The translations under genes and the position numbers were made by a program. Under the pieces are notes generated by a model. It had not been told where the DNA came from. It was given only the letters and a program-made list of their open reading frames with translations, and ran no database searches. DNA of 64,000 nt, taken from assembly GCA_963812155.1 (NCBI GenBank), contig CAWETW010000003.1, positions 736,001 through 800,000 of the forward strand. The letters run 5' to 3'. Source of the stretch: Vulcanimicrobiota bacterium. Its GTDB lineage: Bacteria > Vulcanimicrobiota > Vulcanimicrobiia > Vulcanimicrobiales > Vulcanimicrobiaceae. Shown piece after piece: positions 59,455-64,000 of the stretch (position 1 is the first letter of the stretch; the number at the start of each line of letters is the position of its first letter).

Positions 59455-60800
59455 GAAACGGCGGCGGCTTGTGGTACTCCCGAACCGACGATTGCTTCGA
59501 TGTCAACGATGCTCTTCGGAATGGCCGCCGTGAGATTTTCGTTTCCGTCGGTCGTGACGAGCACGTCGTCTTCGATGCGAACGCCGATGCCCTTGAAGCG
59601 TTCGTCGCAATCGAGATCGCGGCGCACGTAAATGCCGGGCTCGACGGTCGTGACCATGCCGGAGCGAAACGCGACGGGCTTGTCGTCGCCGTCTCGATAG
59701 GCTCCGGCATCGTGCACGTCGAGCCCGAGCCAATGCCCCGTGCCGTGCATGAAGTAATCTTTGTACTTCTCAGTTTCGATATTTTCGTCGACCGAACCGC
59801 GGAGCAAGCCGACGTCTACAAGTCCCTCGGTCACGGTTCGAACGGCGGCGTCGTGAAACTCGTTGCGGGGGACGCCGGGGCGGACCCGGTCGAGCGCGGA
59901 CTCGACCGCCGCAAGCACGATGTCGTAGATCGCGCGCTGCTCGGAGGTAAAGCGCCCGCTTACCGGCCACGTGCGCGTGACGTCGCTTGCATAGCAATCG
60001 AGTTCGCATCCGGAGTCGATCAGCAGAAGGGCGCCCGCTTCGAGGCGGTCGCGGTTGGCGTCGTAATGCAGCGTCGTCGCATTGTCGCCGGCCGCGACGA
60101 TCGACGTATAGGCGACGCCTTGCGCGCCCGCACGCCGGTACTCGCCTTCGAGAACGGACTGAATTTCGTATTCGAATGCGCCGGGCTGCGTGTGGCGCAT
60201 CGCTGCGAGATGTCCGCTGCGCGTAATCGCGGCGGCGCGGCGAAGAATCGCGATTTCCTCGGCGGTCTTGATGAGTCGCATTTCGCCAAGCACGAGCGAC
60301 GGTTCGGCGATGGTCTGCGGCGCGTGCCCCTTCCTGTGCGCGAGCGTACGCGCTTCGTCGAGCGCTTGACGCACGGCGTAGTCCGCGTGCGCGTCGCTTC
60401 CGAAGGCATAGTGCAGCGTCGCGGCACCGGTGAGCAGTTGCGGCAACCGCTGCGCGAGTTCGTCGATGGGGTACGCTGCGTCGACGCCGAGCATTTCCAC
60501 GGCCCGTTCCTCGCCGAGGCGAGCACCGTCCCAGATCTCGCGCGCGCGGTCGCGCTTGCGCAAGAAGAGTATGCAGCGTTCGCCGTCGCGTGCGGGAGCG
60601 AGCACGAGCATCGCGTCGGGCTCCGCAAATCCGGTCAGGTAGTAGAAGTCGGAGTCTTGCCGGAACGGGAACGAGGAGTCGCCGTTACGCAGGATCGTTT
60701 TCGCCGAAGGAATGACGGCGACGCCGCCGTCGAACGCGGCGAGCGCGCGCTCGCGCCGTTGCGCATAAACTTGCATCTGCGCGCCTTCTAGCGGCGGCAC
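59451..60800 (-). CDS. pepP: Xaa-Pro aminopeptidase
   Basis: FRQDSDFYYLTG, DVTRT, HWLGLDVHD, EPG and RIEDD motifs. Confidence 0.95.
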   Translation of the reverse strand: MPPLEGAQMQVYAQRRERALAAFDGGVAVIPSAKTILRNGDSSFPFRQDSDFYYLTGFAEPDAMLVLAPARDGERCILFLRKRDRAREIWDGARLGEERAVEMLGVDAAYPIDELAQRLPQLLTGAATLHYAFGSDAHADYAVRQALDEARTLAHRKGHAPQTIAEPSLVLGEMRLIKTAEEIAILRRAAAITRSGHLAAMRHTQPGAFEYEIQSVLEGEYRRAGAQGVAYTSIVAAGDNATTLHYDANRDRLEAGALLLIDSGCELDCYASDVTRTWPVSGRFTSEQRAIYDIVLAAVESALDRVRPGVPRNEFHDAAVRTVTEGLVDVGLLRGSVDENIETEKYKDYFMHGTGHWLGLDVHDAGAYRDGDDKPVAFRSGMVTTVEPGIYVRRDLDCDERFKGIGVRIEDDVLVTTDGNENLTAAIPKSIVDIEAIVGSGVPQAAAVS

Positions 60801-60849
60801 GTAGCGCCCTCGTCGGCACGGGTGCGGCCGGGTGACGCCGGCTACGACA

Positions 60850-61914
60850 CTAGAAGGCCGAGAGCAGCGATTCGGCTTGGCGCTGGAGGCCTTGGGCGTA
60901 GACCTTCGGATGCGTGAGGTAAAAGAGTGCCATTACGCGCAAGACGAAGCGATGGTGCTGCGGGTCCGGCAATATCGCGAAGCGCCGCATCGATTCGGCG
61001 GCCATTTCGCCGACGCGGATCCGCAGCCGTTCGGGGCTGGGATAAAGCGATGCGAAGTTCAGTTCGCCGTGATCTCGGTCTTCGGCTTGATCGATGAACG
61101 AATCGAGCAGCACGTGGAGCGCGGCGACGGCCGGAAAGTACGCGGCGTAGGTGTCGGCAACGCTGCCTTCACGTCCGGCGAGGTGGGCGTAGAGCGGCGC
61201 ATATACCTGAAACTGCGATCCGGCCGCGCATGCGAACTCGTACCATTGCAGTCCGTCGAATCGGCGATCCCGCCGGCGCTCGAACCATGCGATGCAGGCG
61301 CCCTCCCGATCGGCCGCCCCAAAGTGCTTGAACGTCTGCATCTCGCCGTAGAGAAGCGCCGACTCGGAGAAAGCGTCGCGTAACGCATCGCCCGCATGGA
61401 TGCGCGCCAGCGACCGCTGCGTGCGTGTGACTAGCCGCGCCAAGTACCCGCCGTCGTCGCCCGAAGGTCCGAGCGCGTAGTAGTCGTGTTGCACGGCGGT
61501 TGGATCGAGCGCGTCGGCGATCGCCTGGTGCAGCACCGGATACGCTTCGACCGGCACGTCGGGATGACGGTCGCAAAGGTTATCGAGGTAGTCGTAAATC
61601 GATTCCAGCGGCGCGACGACCTCGACGTAGGAGCGCGCGGTTTCGGGAGGCAGAAACGTCGCGAGAATGCACCCGCCGGCGACGTGGTAGGCTTTGGCAC
61701 GAACGCTGGCGAGCGCTTCGGCGCGCAAGCGCTCGTCGGGAATCGATTCCGCGAGCGCCGTTATGCCGTCGAGCTCGACCGATGCGTGCGGCACGACGCG
61801 GCGGAGAAAGCGCAGCAACGGAATCGGTATCGCGCCGGCGTCGCCGAAAAGAAAGCGCAGACGCGCCGGGCTCGCGAGCACGTGGCGGACGGCCCAAGCG
61901 ATTTCATCGTGCAT
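60850..61914 (-). CDS. YtpB/DUF2600 family terpene synthase (tetraprenyl-beta-curcumene synthase-like)
   Basis: A.ASV..K.YH..GG, DYLDNLCDR, W.EF..A.GS and LH.LLD..IDQ.ED motifs. Confidence 0.82.
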   Translation of the reverse strand: MHDEIAWAVRHVLASPARLRFLFGDAGAIPIPLLRFLRRVVPHASVELDGITALAESIPDERLRAEALASVRAKAYHVAGGCILATFLPPETARSYVEVVAPLESIYDYLDNLCDRHPDVPVEAYPVLHQAIADALDPTAVQHDYYALGPSGDDGGYLARLVTRTQRSLARIHAGDALRDAFSESALLYGEMQTFKHFGAADREGACIAWFERRRDRRFDGLQWYEFACAAGSQFQVYAPLYAHLAGREGSVADTYAAYFPAVAALHVLLDSFIDQAEDRDHGELNFASLYPSPERLRIRVGEMAAESMRRFAILPDPQHHRFVLRVMALFYLTHPKVYAQGLQRQAESLLSAF

Positions 61915-61925
61915 TCGGCTGCGCG

Positions 61926-63144
61926 CTAAATTCCGGCGACGAACCGGCCGGGATTGAGCGTGCGGTTCGGATCGAAGCGCAGTTTCAGCGCGCGCATGCG
62001 TTCGATGGACGCCGGGGCGGCGCCCCAAACGCGCAAATAGGCGCGGTGCGGATGTTCGCTTGCGAGGACCTGCGCGCCGGGGTGCGCCTCGTGCAGCAGG
62101 TCGTCGAAGCGTTCGATCTTTGCGCCGAGCGCGCGCATGTCGAGATCGCTGACGCGCGCGACGACGTCGCCGTTCATGACGTCGACGATGCGTTCGCAGC
62201 GTAGATCGAAACCGCGGGCGATTTCCGCGACCGCGTCGGCGGTCGCCGCGGCCTGCTCGGCGAAGCCGAAAATGCGATAGGTTACCGAACGTTCTCCCAG
62301 CGCCGCGACGTAGGCGTCGACGGCGCGCTCAAACGATTCGCGCGCGCCCGCGTCGAGGACGCGCGTTTCCGGAACGCCGGCACCGCCGAGCGCGGCGCGA
62401 AGATCGCGCGTCGCACGCTCGAGCAGCGCGTCGCTTCCCTCGAGCAGGATCAGCAGCCGTCCGTCGTCACGGTCTTCGCCGTCGATCGCTTGATGAAAGC
62501 CGTCGATCCAGAGCGCCGCGGCGGGGCGAATTTTCAGCGCCGCAGGTGCGCGAACGCGCGCCCGCGCGTCCGTTCGGGCAGTGCGGCCAAGAACGTGCGC
62601 GCGCGGCCGGGCGCCGCGAACGTCTTGAGGTTGGCCTGCACCAGGATGGCGAGCGTGCCGAACGATCCGACGTAGAGCCGGCTCATGTCGTAGCCGGCAA
62701 CGTTTTTCACGACCATGCCGCCCGCGCGCGCAATCGTACCGTCGGCGAGCACCGCCGTCGTTCCGATGACGTAGTCGCGCGGCCGGCCGTAGAGGTGACG
62801 GCGCGGACCGATCCAGCCCGCTGCGAGCGTTCCTCCAAGGGTTGCGTATTGCGGGCACGGGGCGTCGAAGGGGATGAACTGCTTTTGCGTCGCGAGCAGC
62901 GCCGTCAACGTTTGAATCGCGGTACCGCAGCGGGCGGCGAGCGTCAAGTCGGCGGGCTCGTATTCGACGGCTCCGGTAAGTCCCGTCGTTTCGAGCGTTA
63001 CGTCGGCACGTTCGGGCGGAAAACCCATTCCCGCCAGCGTGTCTCCGCCGACGACGTGTATCGCCCGTCCCTGTGCATCGCACTCGCGACGAGTTCGCTG
63101 AGTTCGGCGGCGCTGCCGGGCGCCGCTCGCAGCCCCGCACTCAC
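61926..63144 (-). CDS. glcE: GlcE-like FAD-binding subunit, frameshifts near 63070 and 62540
   Basis: EYEPADLT, ATLGG, GG.VVKNVAGYD and K.RFDP...LNPG motifs. Confidence 0.8.
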
Positions 63145-64000
63145 GCCGGCGGCTGCACGGGCGGCGTGACTTCCGGGCAACTCGCGCCGCGCGGAAAAAT
63201 CTTCTCCGGATTAAGCGCGCGCGACGGATCGAAGACGTCGCGCACGCGCGCCATCGTCGCCAAGTCGTCGGTCGAATAGACGCGCGTCATCGCCTCGCGC
63301 TTTTCGAATCCGATGCCGTGCTCGCCGCTGATCGTTCCGCCGAGATCGATGGCGGCTTGAAGAATCTCATTGCCGCTTTCGATCACTGCCGCCACTTGTT
63401 TGCGATCGCGTTTGTCGTACATCATCAGCGGATGCAGGTTGCCGTCGCCGGCGTGAAAGACGTTGCCGACGGTGATGCCGGCGCGGCCGCCGCAGCTTCG
63501 ACCGCGCGCAGCGCCTGCGGAAGTTTGCTGCGCGGAACGCAGACGTCTTGCGTGTAGTAGTTGGGCGCGATTCGGCCGGTCGCGCCGGCCGCACCCTTGC
63601 GCCCGGCCCATAGTGCGTCGCGTTCCGCGGCCGTCGCCGCACTGCGGAAGGCCAAGGCGCCGTGACTTTTTACGATCGCGGCGATTTTCGCGTCGCACTC
63701 GCTCACGTCTTCGGCGAAGCCGGCGTTTTCGATCAGCAGCACGGCGCCCGCGTCGGTCGGATATCCCGCGTGAAACGCCGCTTCGACCGCGCGGACGATC
63801 ACGGCGTCCATCATTTCGAGCGCGGTCGGCACGATGCCGGCGCCGACGATGGCGGAGACGGCTTCCGATGCCGAATCGATGTCGCCGAATGCGGCAACCC
63901 AAACGCGCACCGCTTCGGGGAGTTGCAGCAGACGCAGCCAGACCGAGGTGACGATGCCGAGCGTTCCTTCGCTTCCGACGATCGCCGCCGTCAAATCGTA
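63141..64000 (-). CDS. glcD: GlcD-like FAD-linked oxidase (partial), frameshift near 63480
   Basis: GSEGTLG, DVCVP, HAGDGNLHP, GEHGIG and LNP.K motifs. Confidence 0.85.
   Translation of the reverse strand, partial: RFDGGDRRKRRNARHRHLGLAASAATPRSGARLGCRIRRHRFGIGSRLRHRRRRHRADRARNDGRRDRPRGRSGVSRGISDRRGRRAADRKRRLRRRRERVRRENRRDRKKSRRLGLPQCGDGRGTRRTMGRAQGCGRRDRPNRAQLLHARRLRSAQQTSAGAARGRSCGGRAGITVGNVFHAGDGNLHPLMMYDKRDRKQVAAVIESGNEILQAAIDLGGTISGEHGIGFEKREAMTRVYSTDDLATMARVRDVFDPSRALNPEKIFPRGASCPEVTPPVQPPA

Overview
This 64 kb window is gene-dense, GC-rich bacterial chromosome. The style of the secreted hypothetical proteins and the gene repertoire suggest Candidatus Eremiobacterota/Vulcanimicrobiota, but that is inference only. 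Core genes include prfB (programmed +1 frameshift), udg, rlmN, glyQS-ppdK-[HD hydrolase]-dnaG-rpoD, dtd, trxB, pepP, tldD/pmbA and tRNA-Leu(GAG). Accessory content includes an ECF41 sigma with a VOC partner, a kamB-kamC-kce lysine-catabolism module lacking its aminomutase, tandem duplicated dppC permeases, an orphan RND pump with an insertion, a type III PKS plus methyltransferase, a YtpB-type terpene synthase, two apparent pseudoenzymes and several secreted unknowns. The most unusual non-coding feature lies just downstream of tRNA-Leu: an 18-nt perfect antisense segment, then a tRNA-like module that keeps the acceptor stem, variable stem and T arm but has no anticodon arm. No integrase, transposase, CRISPR array or rRNA was seen. 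From about 43 kb onward many genes carry 1-nt indels, most likely long-read assembly errors.
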